Below the pieces are notes generated by a model. The model was not told the DNA's origin. It ran no database searches and saw only the letters and a list, made by a program, of their open reading frames with translations. Shown in pieces: positions 16,200 to 24,168 of a stretch of DNA of 34,511 nucleotides; position 1 is the first letter of the stretch; the number at the start of each line of letters is the position of its first letter. The DNA is from an uncultured Candidatus Saccharibacteria bacterium (GTDB taxonomy: Bacteria; Patescibacteriota; Minisyncoccia; Sungbacterales; SURF-37): positions 1-34,511 of the forward strand of contig CAYJUX010000001.1 of assembly GCA_964373475.1 (NCBI GenBank), read 5' to 3'. The position numbers and the translations under genes are program-made.

Positions 16200-16571
16200 A
16201 TGACCAGCGCACTCAAACAAACTCGTATCCAACAGCGAAGGCGCGCCCGGCGCGTGCGGGCGCGCATTCGGGGTACGGCCGAACGGCCGCGGCTGTCAGT
16301 ATTCCGTTCCCATCGGCATATCAGCGCCCAGCTCATTGATGATGCGGCGGGCCGTACGATGGTTGCCGCTTCGGATGGAAGGAAAAAAAGCGTAAGATCA
16401 AGATCAAGGATGACCCCGACGGCGCGGGCGAGCCAGGTGGGCGAGGAGCTGGCTCATGCCGCCACAGCCAAGGGGATCGGCTACGCCCGCTTTGATCGGG
16501 GCCGCTATCGCTACCATGGTATTGTCCGCGCACTGGCCGCAGGCGCACGAAAGGGCGGGTTGAAATTTTAG
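16200..16571 (+). CDS. rplR: 50S ribosomal protein L18
   Basis: ...RRVRARIRGTAERPRLSVFRSHRHISAQLIDD...RGRYRYHGIVRALAAGARKGGLKF. Confidence 0.93.
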   Translation: MTSALKQTRIQQRRRARRVRARIRGTAERPRLSVFRSHRHISAQLIDDAAGRTMVAASDGRKKSVRSRSRMTPTARASQVGEELAHAATAKGIGYARFDRGRYRYHGIVRALAAGARKGGLKF

Positions 16572-16577
16572 TAACGC

Positions 16578-16683
16578 GACACTAATACACGAATGAGCAC
16601 GAATAACACCAATCGTTCTACTCAAAGATGTAGTTCCTGGGCCTTCGTATTTGTGACATTCGTGAAATTTGTGTATTAGTGTC
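16578..16683. repeat. Long imperfect hairpin (family K) overlapping the rpsE upstream region
   Basis: gacactaatacac (16578-16590) pairs perfectly with gtgtattagtgtc (16671-16683). The arms continue through cacgaatg... Confidence 0.8.
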
Positions 16684-16690
16684 CTTGTTC

Positions 16691-17170
16691 ATGCCACGAC
16701 GAGAGCGAATGAGAGGGGGAGAGCGGGAGCGTTCTGAATTTGACCAGAAGCTTCTGGATGTCCGGCGCGTCGCCCGCGTGGTTGCCGGGGGGCGGCGCTT
16801 TAGTTTCCGCGTGACCGTGGTCATCGGGAACCGGAAGGGAAAGGTGGCCGTGGCCGTGGCCAAGGGAGCCGACGTTTCCAGCGCCATTGAGAAAGCCGTC
16901 AGCCGCGCCAAAAAGCATCTCTTCGTCGTGCCGATCACGCCCTGGGGTTCGATCGGGCACGAGGTACGCGCGAAATACGGCGCGGCGCGCGTGCTCATCC
17001 GCCCGCGGCCGGCCGGGTCGGGCATCGTGGCCGGCGGTTCGGTGCGGGCCGTGGCTGAACTTGCGGGCATTACCAATATCTCCTCCAAGATCCTCTCGCG
17101 TACCACGAATAAGCTGACCAATGCCATGGCCACGCTGGAAGCACTCAAGCAACTTAAAACGAGAATCTAG
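16691..17170 (+). CDS. rpsE: 30S ribosomal protein S5
   Basis: MPRRERMRGGERERSEFDQKLLDVRRVARVVAGGRRFSFRVTVVIGNRKGKVAVAVAKG...; the ATG at 16691 is preferred to the GTG at 16679. Confidence 0.92.
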   Translation: MPRRERMRGGERERSEFDQKLLDVRRVARVVAGGRRFSFRVTVVIGNRKGKVAVAVAKGADVSSAIEKAVSRAKKHLFVVPITPWGSIGHEVRAKYGAARVLIRPRPAGSGIVAGGSVRAVAELAGITNISSKILSRTTNKLTNAMATLEALKQLKTRI

Positions 17171-17261
17171 AATATAGAATTTAGAATCTAGAATCGCCCG
17201 AATAACTACTATCATTACCGATGTCCCAAATTCTAGATTCTAGCTTCTAGATTCTAAATTC
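17166..17261. repeat. Long hairpin (family L, TCTAGAAT words) occupying the position where rpmD (L30) normally lies
   Basis: gaatttagaatctagaatc (17177-17195) pairs with gattctagcttctagattctaaattc (17237-17261). The left arm overlaps the rpsE stop. Confidence 0.85.
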
Positions 17262-17271
17262 CATTCTTGTT

Positions 17272-17703
17272 ATGCAGATCCATCAGCTAAAATCGAATAC
17301 CGCATGGCGGCGGAAACGCCGCGTGGGGCGCGGCGGCAAGCGCGGCACGACCTCGGGCCGCGGCACGAAAGGCCAGAAAGCCCGCGCCGGCGCCAAGATC
17401 CGCCCGGCCATCCGCGATATTATGAAGAAATTCCCCAAGCTGCGGGGATATCGTTTTCATTCTTTTCGCCCCAAGCCGGTCATCATTGATCTCGGGCGGA
17501 TCGCAGCCCATTTTCCTTCGGGCGCAACCGTTGACCCGGCCGCATTGCTCCAAGCCGGCCTCATCCATAAGATGAAGGGCAGGACCCCGGCCCTGAAAGT
17601 ACTCGGCTCGGGCGCCATAAAGAAAAAGTTCCACCTCCGCGGCGTCGCGCTCTCCGCTTCCGCGCGCGCGCGGGTCGAGGAGGCCGGGGGTATGATCGGC
17701 TGA
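17272..17703 (+). CDS. rplO: 50S ribosomal protein L15
   Basis: MQIHQLKSNTAWRRKRRVGRGGKRGTTSGRGTKGQKARAG...; canonical L15. Confidence 0.93.
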   Translation: MQIHQLKSNTAWRRKRRVGRGGKRGTTSGRGTKGQKARAGAKIRPAIRDIMKKFPKLRGYRFHSFRPKPVIIDLGRIAAHFPSGATVDPAALLQAGLIHKMKGRTPALKVLGSGAIKKKFHLRGVALSASARARVEEAGGMIG

Positions 17704-17713
17704 CCCCATTCTC

Positions 17714-18979
17714 ATGCTTGAGCAACTTCTTTTTATCTGGAAGCTTCCTGATCTGCGGAAGAAAATATTTTTTGTCCTGGCCATTCTCGGCATATTCCGG
17801 CTGATCGCGGCCATTCCCGTCCCGGGCGCCGACCCGGTGCGATTGAAGGAGTTTCTGGCCGGGAACCAGTTCTTCGGCCTCCTGAACATTTTTTCCGGGG
17901 GGGTGCTGGAGAATCTCTCCATTGTCATGCTCGGCGTTGGGCCCTATATCACGGCCTCCATCATCATGCAGCTCCTGACTATGATCTTCCCCCGCCTGAA
18001 GGAAATGTATCAGGAGGAGGGCGAAGCCGGCCGGCAGCGTTTTAACCAGTATTCGCGTCTGCTGACCGTGCCCTTGGGCCTGCTGCAGGCCTATGGCCTG
18101 CTCATCATTCTCGTCCGCCAGCAGATCCTCCCGCCCCTTTCGCTTTTTGAATATCTGACCAGCATGATCACGGTGACCGCCGGGACGGTATTCCTCATGT
18201 GGCTCGGCGAGCTTATTTCTGAGAAAAATATCGGCAACGGCATCTCGCTTTTGATCTTCGCCGGCATCGTGTCGCGCCTGCCGGTGGATTTCCGTCAGAT
18301 ACTCCTGACCTTTGATCCCTCCCAGATCCCGGCCTACCTGGCGTTCATCGTGGTCAGCCTCATCGTCATTACGGGCGTGGTCATCATTACCGAGGGCCAG
18401 CGGAACATTCCGGTATCCTATGCCAAGCGTATCCGCGGCAACCGCGTATTCGGCGGCGTCCAGACGCACCTGCCGCTCCGCGTCAACCAGGCCGGCGTCA
18501 TCCCCATCATCTTTGCCATTTCCATCATTCTCTTCCCGGGGCTTATCGGGAATTTCCTGGCGACCGTACCCAATGCCGCCCTGCAGGCGGTATCGCAGTT
18601 TTTGATCACGCTTTTGAATAACCAGTGGCTCTACGGCACCCTCTATTTCCTCCTCGTGTTCGTCTTCACGTATTTTTACACCGCGGTGACCTTTGATCCC
18701 CAGGCTATTGCCCTGAACATCCAGAAGCAAGGCGGGTTCATCCTGGGCATGCGCCCGGGCCGGCCCACGGCCCAATTCCTGCAGTACATCCTGCATCGCA
18801 TTACGCTCTTCGGGGCGCTGTTCCTCGGCGCCATTGCCGTCCTCCCGCTCGCTGTCCAGGCCGGATTTGGCATCTCGGCCCTAACGCTCGGCGGGACATC
18901 CCTCCTCATCGTGGTTTCCGTGGTGCTGGAAACCCTGAAGCAGGTCCAGGCCCAGGTGGTGATGCACGAATATGAATAG
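17714..18979 (+). CDS. secY: Preprotein translocase subunit SecY
   Basis: 421 aa, 10-TM pattern, ...LGVGPYITASIIMQLL...NQAGVIPIIFA...; syntenic after rplO. Confidence 0.96.
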   Translation: MLEQLLFIWKLPDLRKKIFFVLAILGIFRLIAAIPVPGADPVRLKEFLAGNQFFGLLNIFSGGVLENLSIVMLGVGPYITASIIMQLLTMIFPRLKEMYQEEGEAGRQRFNQYSRLLTVPLGLLQAYGLLIILVRQQILPPLSLFEYLTSMITVTAGTVFLMWLGELISEKNIGNGISLLIFAGIVSRLPVDFRQILLTFDPSQIPAYLAFIVVSLIVITGVVIITEGQRNIPVSYAKRIRGNRVFGGVQTHLPLRVNQAGVIPIIFAISIILFPGLIGNFLATVPNAALQAVSQFLITLLNNQWLYGTLYFLLVFVFTYFYTAVTFDPQAIALNIQKQGGFILGMRPGRPTAQFLQYILHRITLFGALFLGAIAVLPLAVQAGFGISALTLGGTSLLIVVSVVLETLKQVQAQVVMHEYE

Positions 18980-19565
18980 CCAGCGGCGGGCTTCTTCTGG
19001 GCGCACGTTCGTTTTCCTCGGCCTTTCGGGTTCGGGCAAAGGCACGCAGGCAGCGCATCTCCTCCGGGTTCTCCCGAGGAGCATGAACATCAGCACCGGA
19101 GCCGCGTTCCGCCGCATGGCCGGGCGCCGGAACCTGACCGGCCGCTACATCCGGAATATTCTCCGGCGGGGGGCGCTCGTGCCCTATTGGGCGCCGATAT
19201 ACGTGTGGCTGGATGCATTCTTCCGGCGCATGGCCGGGGACGAGCATGTGGTTTTCGACGGCGCTCCGCGCCGGGTGGAGGAGGCGCAGGTGATGGACGA
19301 TTTCATGCGCGATGTCGGCCGACCGCTGCCGGTCGCGATTTACCTCCGGCTTCCCGAGACTCGAGCGCGGAAGCGGCTTCTCGGACGCGGACGGGCCGAT
19401 GATCGTTCTTCGGCCATAGCCGGCCGCTTCCGCTTTTTTCGTGAGCATGTGTTGTCGGTCATCGGCTACTATCGCCGCCGCGGCCGCCTCATCACCATTA
19501 ACGGCGATCAGCCCATCCCAGCGGTGTGGCGGGATATTAAACGGGCGCTCGGCATTCGGAGATAG
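18972..19565 (+). CDS. adk: Adenylate kinase-like nucleoside monophosphate kinase (short, divergent)
   Basis: P-loop FLGLSGSGKGTQ; syntenic position after secY with an 8-nt overlap. No long LID insertion is visible. Confidence 0.75.
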   Translation: MNSQRRASSGRTFVFLGLSGSGKGTQAAHLLRVLPRSMNISTGAAFRRMAGRRNLTGRYIRNILRRGALVPYWAPIYVWLDAFFRRMAGDEHVVFDGAPRRVEEAQVMDDFMRDVGRPLPVAIYLRLPETRARKRLLGRGRADDRSSAIAGRFRFFREHVLSVIGYYRRRGRLITINGDQPIPAVWRDIKRALGIRR

Positions 19566-19566
19566 C

Positions 19567-20031
19567 ATGCCCCACATTCACGAACTTATTGATTTTGTCG
19601 TGAACGCCTATATCGTCCATAACGGTCGCGTGCTTTTGGTTGACCATCGCGAGCATGGCATGTGGCTGCAGCCCGGAGGGCACGTGGAACTGGACGAGGA
19701 TACGGATCAGGCGTTATGGCGGGAAATTGAAGAAGAAACAGGGTTAACCCCTAATCAGCTCGAAATCTTTTCTGAAAAAGTTGATTTTAACGCGGGAACG
19801 GCTGTCGCACTGTGGCCACCGCGGTGGATGAATATCCATCGCGTCAACGATCGACACCGGCATATTGGACTCAACTATCTCCTCCGCGCGAAATCTGATA
19901 CGGTTCGTCTTGCAGAACGTGAACACCGCGATATCCGATGGTTTTCCGACCGTGAATTTGATCTGCCAGCGTTCAATATTCCGTTCGATGTGCGTTTGTA
20001 TGCCAAAGAAGCAATTCGCCTCGTAGCATGA
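19567..20031 (+). CDS. NUDIX hydrolase
   Basis: MPHIHELIDFVVNAYIVHNGRVLLVDH... with the NUDIX box GGHVELDEDTDQALWREIEEETGL. The ATG at 19567 is preferred over the ORF-track start at 19441. Confidence 0.85.
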   Translation: MPHIHELIDFVVNAYIVHNGRVLLVDHREHGMWLQPGGHVELDEDTDQALWREIEEETGLTPNQLEIFSEKVDFNAGTAVALWPPRWMNIHRVNDRHRHIGLNYLLRAKSDTVRLAEREHRDIRWFSDREFDLPAFNIPFDVRLYAKEAIRLVA

Positions 20032-20843
20032 TCATCGCGAACGACGGCGAGCTCGCCACGATCCGGGGATGTGGAACGCGCCTGGCACGCATTGTAGCAG
20101 AACTCGTTGCCGCGGTGAGCCCCGGCATTTCGACGAGCGAACTTGACCGCCTCGCGGAGCAGCTGATTTATAGGCAGGGCGGATTTCCGGTATTCAAGGG
20201 CTACCGCTCCCATAAGGGCGAGCGGCCGTTCCCGGCGAGCATCTGCACCTCGCTCAATGAGGAAGTGGTGCACGGTATCCCGAGCCCTAAACGAATATTG
20301 AAGGACGGCGATATTATCGGCATTGATATCGGCATGCGCTGGCCGTCACAGGATCAAAAATCAAAAATAAAAAATAAAAGCGATGGAGCTGAAGTGGGGT
20401 TGATCACGGATATGGCTCTGACGGTTCCGGTCGGCGAGGTTTCTCCGCTTACCCGTCGGCTGCTGGATACGACCCAAGGGGCGCTGGCAGCGGGCATCCG
20501 CGTTCTCAGGCCCGGTATGCGTCTCGGCGGTCTGGGGCGCGTTATTCAGGAGGCCATCGAATCGGATGGATTTTCCGTGGTGAGAGACCTGGTCGGGCAT
20601 GGGGTTGGGAAGAAACTGCATGAAGAGCCCTATGTTCCTAATTACGGGGATCCCGGGGAAGGAGAGTTTATTCGCGAAGGGATGGTGCTGGCCCTTGAAC
20701 CCATGGCCGCGAGCGGCAGTGCCGCGGTGGAACTGGCCCCAGACGGCTGGACTTGGCGCACGGCCGATGGCTCGCTGGCCGCGCATTTTGAACATACGGT
20801 GGTGGTAACAAAGGGGGGAGCGGAGATACTCACGAAGTTATGA
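20028..20843 (+). CDS. map: Methionine aminopeptidase type I, with an internal low-complexity insertion
   Basis: ...CTSLNEEVVHGIP...GDIIGIDIG...GHGVGKKLHEEP...LALEPM...HFEHTVVVT; pita-bread metal ligands recognisable. ATGA overlap with the NUDIX gene. Confidence 0.92.
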   Translation: MIIANDGELATIRGCGTRLARIVAELVAAVSPGISTSELDRLAEQLIYRQGGFPVFKGYRSHKGERPFPASICTSLNEEVVHGIPSPKRILKDGDIIGIDIGMRWPSQDQKSKIKNKSDGAEVGLITDMALTVPVGEVSPLTRRLLDTTQGALAAGIRVLRPGMRLGGLGRVIQEAIESDGFSVVRDLVGHGVGKKLHEEPYVPNYGDPGEGEFIREGMVLALEPMAASGSAAVELAPDGWTWRTADGSLAAHFEHTVVVTKGGAEILTKL

Positions 20844-20940
20844 AATTACAAATCACAAGCACCAAAATACAAATAAGCACCAAATCCCAAGCACTAAATC
20901 CCAATCACTTTGTAATTTGGAATTTGTGATTTGGAATTTT
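20843..20940. repeat. Long imperfect hairpin (family M, AAATCACAA words)
   Basis: aaattacaaatcacaa pairs 15/16 with ttgtgatttggaattt. Low-complexity CA-rich loop. Confidence 0.75.
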
Positions 20941-20944
20941 ACGC

Positions 20945-21322
20945 ATGCGCTACCTCGGCATTGACTACGGCAAAAAGCGCATTGGGCTTGCGCTCTCCGA
21001 CCCTGAGGGCCGGATGGCATTCCCCGCGGCAACGGTCGAGCGGGAGGGCGAGATATTGGAGTTCATCGCCGAGAAAGAAATAGCGGCCATCGTTATTGGT
21101 CTGCCGCTCGGCCTTGATGGCGGAGAATCGGATGCATCCTCCCGGGCGCGTGCGTTTGCGGCGCGGCTTGGTACATCGGTACAATTACCTATAGCGTTTG
21201 AGAATGAAATGTTCACCACCAAAATAGCCGAGGAGCATTCTTCGGGCGAGCACGCCGACGCCGCCGCCGCCGCCCTGATACTGCAGTCGTATTTGGATAA
21301 GCAGGTTAAGCAAGTTAAGTAA
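20945..21322 (+). CDS. ruvX: Putative pre-16S rRNA nuclease / Holliday junction resolvase-like YqgF
   Basis: MRYLGIDYGKKRIGLALSDPEGRMAFP...AIVIGLPLGLDGGES...; the last codons (QVKQVK-stop) lie inside repeat H2. Confidence 0.88.
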   Translation: MRYLGIDYGKKRIGLALSDPEGRMAFPAATVEREGEILEFIAEKEIAAIVIGLPLGLDGGESDASSRARAFAARLGTSVQLPIAFENEMFTTKIAEEHSSGEHADAAAAALILQSYLDKQVKQVK

Positions 21323-21396
21323 ATTAAGTGAATTAAGCTGATAAGGCTTTCTGCTCCGCTCGGCTTAACTCGCTTAACTTGCTTAATTCACTTAAT
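21301..21396. repeat. Palindromic element, family H copy 2, with a 26-nt central insert
   Basis: Arms identical to 12198-12267; the extra centre is tgataaggctttctgctccgctcgg. Confidence 0.9.
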
Positions 21397-21403
21397 AAAC
21401 TTG

Positions 21404-22135
21404 ATGTACCTAAGTTGGATCATTCCGGCATACCGTGAAGAACGGCGGATCTTAAAAACCCTTGAGGAGGTGAGCGCGTATTTGCGCCGGAAGGATTTTC
21501 CGGGAGGGTATGAGATCATCGTCGTGGATTCGGCTTCGCCGGATCGGACGGCGGCCATAGTCAAGGGTCTCCAAAGCCGTATACCCGAGCTTCGGCTTTT
21601 GAGCGTGGAAAATCGCGGCAAGGGCTGGGCGGTGCGCGCCGGGATGCTGGAGGCCAAAGGTGCTATTCGGATATTTTCCGACGCCGATAACTCAACTCCG
21701 CCCGAATTCTTCGATGCCATGGCACCGCTTTTTGCCGCGGGTTACGACGTGGTTATTTCTTCCCGCGATCCCAAAGATGTGCCCGGCGCCTCGCGGGATG
21801 TGGAGGAGCCGTGGTATCGCGAGGTACTGGGGAACCTCGGTAACCTCTTGATCCAGATCGTCGGCGGCATGTGGGGGATTTGGGATACCCAGAACGGTTT
21901 TAAAGCCATGACGGCGCGGGCGGCTGGTGTTATTTTTCCCCGTATGGTCATGCGAGGGTTCTCATTCGATATCGAACTCTTAGCGCTCGCGCGGCGAGCT
22001 GGCCTCCGCATTGGTGTTATTCCCATCCGGTGGCGATTCGACCCAGATAGCAAGGTGACGCTCAAGGCCTACCTCCAGGTGTTCGCCGACGTGTTTCGCA
22101 TCCGGTGGAACCTTCTGACCGGTCGCTACCGCTGA
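21404..22135 (+). CDS. Glycosyltransferase family 2 (dolichyl-phosphate glucosyltransferase-like)
   Basis: WIIPAYREERRI...YEIIVVDSASPDRT...NRGKGWAVRAGMLEAKG..IFSDADNSTP; GT-A DxD-type signature. Confidence 0.85.
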   Translation: MYLSWIIPAYREERRILKTLEEVSAYLRRKDFPGGYEIIVVDSASPDRTAAIVKGLQSRIPELRLLSVENRGKGWAVRAGMLEAKGAIRIFSDADNSTPPEFFDAMAPLFAAGYDVVISSRDPKDVPGASRDVEEPWYREVLGNLGNLLIQIVGGMWGIWDTQNGFKAMTARAAGVIFPRMVMRGFSFDIELLALARRAGLRIGVIPIRWRFDPDSKVTLKAYLQVFADVFRIRWNLLTGRYR

Positions 22136-22136
22136 T

Positions 22137-23168
22137 ATGAAAAATATATCCGAACTCCGGCAGGACATCGTGACCGGCGATTGGGTGGTAGTGGCCACCG
22201 GACGGGCCAAGCGCCCGCACGCCTTCGCGCGCCACACGCCGGAGCGGCCGCAGCCGAAATCAACCTGCCCCTTCGAACGGCTCGAACCAAAGGCGGTTCT
22301 TGTGTACGATCGCGCGGGTGAGCGCTACCGCCTGACCGCCAAGGACCGCCGGCACCTCGAACGGGCCTGGTGGCTTCAGGTTGTCCCCAATAAGTATCCG
22401 GCCTTCAGCGAACGCGCCACCTGCCCGGCGATCGCATCGTATGGATCGTACCGCCGGACCGACGGTGTCGGGTTCCACGAGGTCGTGGTGACGCGGCATC
22501 ACACCCGCTCGCTTACCGCCATGTCTGCCGGGGAGGCCGCCATCGTCATCCGCGCCTACCGTCAGCGCTACCTCGCGTTGAAGGATGAGGAGTGTGTTCG
22601 GTACATATCGATCTTCCACAACCACGGCCGTGATGCCGGGGCTACCCTCTCGCACCCGCACTCGCAAATTATCGCCATCCCGGTGATTCCGCCGGACGTC
22701 AGGCGTTCGCTCCAAGGATCGGCCAGCTACTACCGAAAGCACCGTCGGTGCGTGCACTGCGCCATACTCGCCTTTGAGCGCCGCGACGGCAAGCGGATCG
22801 TCTATGAGAATCGGGATTTCGTGGTCTTCTGCCCGTATGTCTCTCGCAGCGCCTTTGAGGTCAGCATCTTCCCGAAGCGCCACCAGCCGGAGTTCGAGGC
22901 CATTGACGACCGCGAGACGCTGGCTGCAGCCGACGCCCTCCGTACTGCCCTCGCCAAGCTCGGGCGCGGTTTGAAGGATCCCGCCTACAACTTTTTCATC
23001 CACACCGCTCCCACCGCCGGCGGCCGGCGCGCTCCGCACTACCATTGGCACATCGAGATCCTGCCGAAGACGGCGGTCTGGGCGGGTTTTGAGATCGGCA
23101 CCGGCATCGAAATCTCAACTATTTCACCAGAAACTGCAGCGCGGTTCTTGCGCCGCATCCGGTTATGA
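22137..23168 (+). CDS. galT: Galactose-1-phosphate uridylyltransferase (HIT superfamily)
   Basis: 343 aa, ...CPFE...NKYPAF..., HIT-like SHPHSQIIAIP, ...HYHWHIEILP. Confidence 0.85.
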   Translation: MKNISELRQDIVTGDWVVVATGRAKRPHAFARHTPERPQPKSTCPFERLEPKAVLVYDRAGERYRLTAKDRRHLERAWWLQVVPNKYPAFSERATCPAIASYGSYRRTDGVGFHEVVVTRHHTRSLTAMSAGEAAIVIRAYRQRYLALKDEECVRYISIFHNHGRDAGATLSHPHSQIIAIPVIPPDVRRSLQGSASYYRKHRRCVHCAILAFERRDGKRIVYENRDFVVFCPYVSRSAFEVSIFPKRHQPEFEAIDDRETLAAADALRTALAKLGRGLKDPAYNFFIHTAPTAGGRRAPHYHWHIEILPKTAVWAGFEIGTGIEISTISPETAARFLRRIRL

Positions 23169-23188
23169 AGCCCCTCATTGTTGCCAAT
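23165..23188 (+). pseudogene. 8-codon duplicate/relic of the tpiA 5' end (MKPLIVAN), ATGA-coupled to the galT stop
   Basis: atgaagcccctcattgttgccaat compared with the real tpiA start atgaaacctcttatcatcgccaat 125 nt downstream. The frame closes after 16 codons. Confidence 0.6.
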
Positions 23189-23193
23189 TGTCC

Positions 23194-23275
23194 CGAAAAT
23201 ATCCGAACGAAGTGAGGAAATATTTTCGAGGATCCTCGCAACCGTAACCGCTCCTTACGTCGCGGACGGTTGCGG
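23194..23275. repeat. Two 9-bp-stem hairpins inside the 125-nt segment that separates the tpiA start duplicates
   Basis: cgaaaatat...atattttcg (23194-23228) and cgcaaccgt...acggttgcg (23237-23275). Confidence 0.7.
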
Positions 23276-23289
23276 GAGAAAATGGACCC

Positions 23290-24066
23290 ATGAAACCTCT
23301 TATCATCGCCAATTGGAAAATGAATCCGACGTCCGCGCGGGCGGCGCGGGTTCTTTTCGCAAATTTCCGACGCCTCCTTGCCGGCGTTCGCGGGGTTGAG
23401 GTGGCGATCGCGCCGCCTTTTCCCTATCTTGGCCTGGCGCGCGGGCGGCGAGCATTCCGGCTGGCCGCCCAGGATGTTTTTTGGGAGGCGAGCGGACCCT
23501 ACACCGGCGAAGTATCTGCGGCCATGTTAAGGGATCTTGGCGTCCGCTATGTCCTTATTGGCCATTCAGAACGACGCCGCGTATTTGGCGAGGGCAAGGA
23601 AACGATCAGCCGCAAGATCCACGCGGTCATCCGGGCCGGCCTGGTACCCATCCTGGCCGTCGGAGAAGATAGGCGCGAGTCGGAGGAGGTAGTCCCGAAA
23701 ACGCTTTTCCTTCAGCTCCAAGAGGCGCTGGCAGGCATCCCGAAGCGCGCCGTAAGAGGTATCGTGATCGCCTATGAGCCGGTATGGGCCTTGTCCACTT
23801 CGGCCGGCGGGAAGCCGGCTACGCCGGATGAGGCCACGCGGCGGGCCCTCTATATCCGGAAGCTCCTCGTAAAAACACTCGGGCCGAGGATCGCCGCTAC
23901 CATCCGCATCGTGTATGGCGGTTCGGTGAGCGCCAGGAATGCCGCCGACTATCTCGCCTCGGATATCCGCGGCATGGAAGGGCTCCTCGTCGGGGGGGCA
24001 AGTTTGCAGCCGCGAGAATTTGGCGCGATCGTCAAAGCCGTGGCCGGAAAACAGCGGCGGGGCTAG
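23290..24066 (+). CDS. tpiA: Triosephosphate isomerase
   Basis: MKPLIIANWKMNPT...IGHSERR...AYEPVWALS...YGGSV; canonical TIM. Confidence 0.93.
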   Translation: MKPLIIANWKMNPTSARAARVLFANFRRLLAGVRGVEVAIAPPFPYLGLARGRRAFRLAAQDVFWEASGPYTGEVSAAMLRDLGVRYVLIGHSERRRVFGEGKETISRKIHAVIRAGLVPILAVGEDRRESEEVVPKTLFLQLQEALAGIPKRAVRGIVIAYEPVWALSTSAGGKPATPDEATRRALYIRKLLVKTLGPRIAATIRIVYGGSVSARNAADYLASDIRGMEGLLVGGASLQPREFGAIVKAVAGKQRRG

Positions 24067-24168
24067 CCCTCCTTAATTTAATTTTGCTCCCCTGCCGTAA
24101 ACAGGAACGCTGGAAGAAAGCGGGGAAGTCACATGACCCAAGGCGGAGAATTAAATTATGGAGGGCTA
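24064..24168. terminator. Long-range inverted repeat spanning both stop codons of the convergent tpiA and ndh-like genes (candidate bidirectional terminator)
   Basis: tagccctccttaatttaatt (24064-24083) pairs with aattaaattatggagggcta (24149-24168). Confidence 0.5.
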
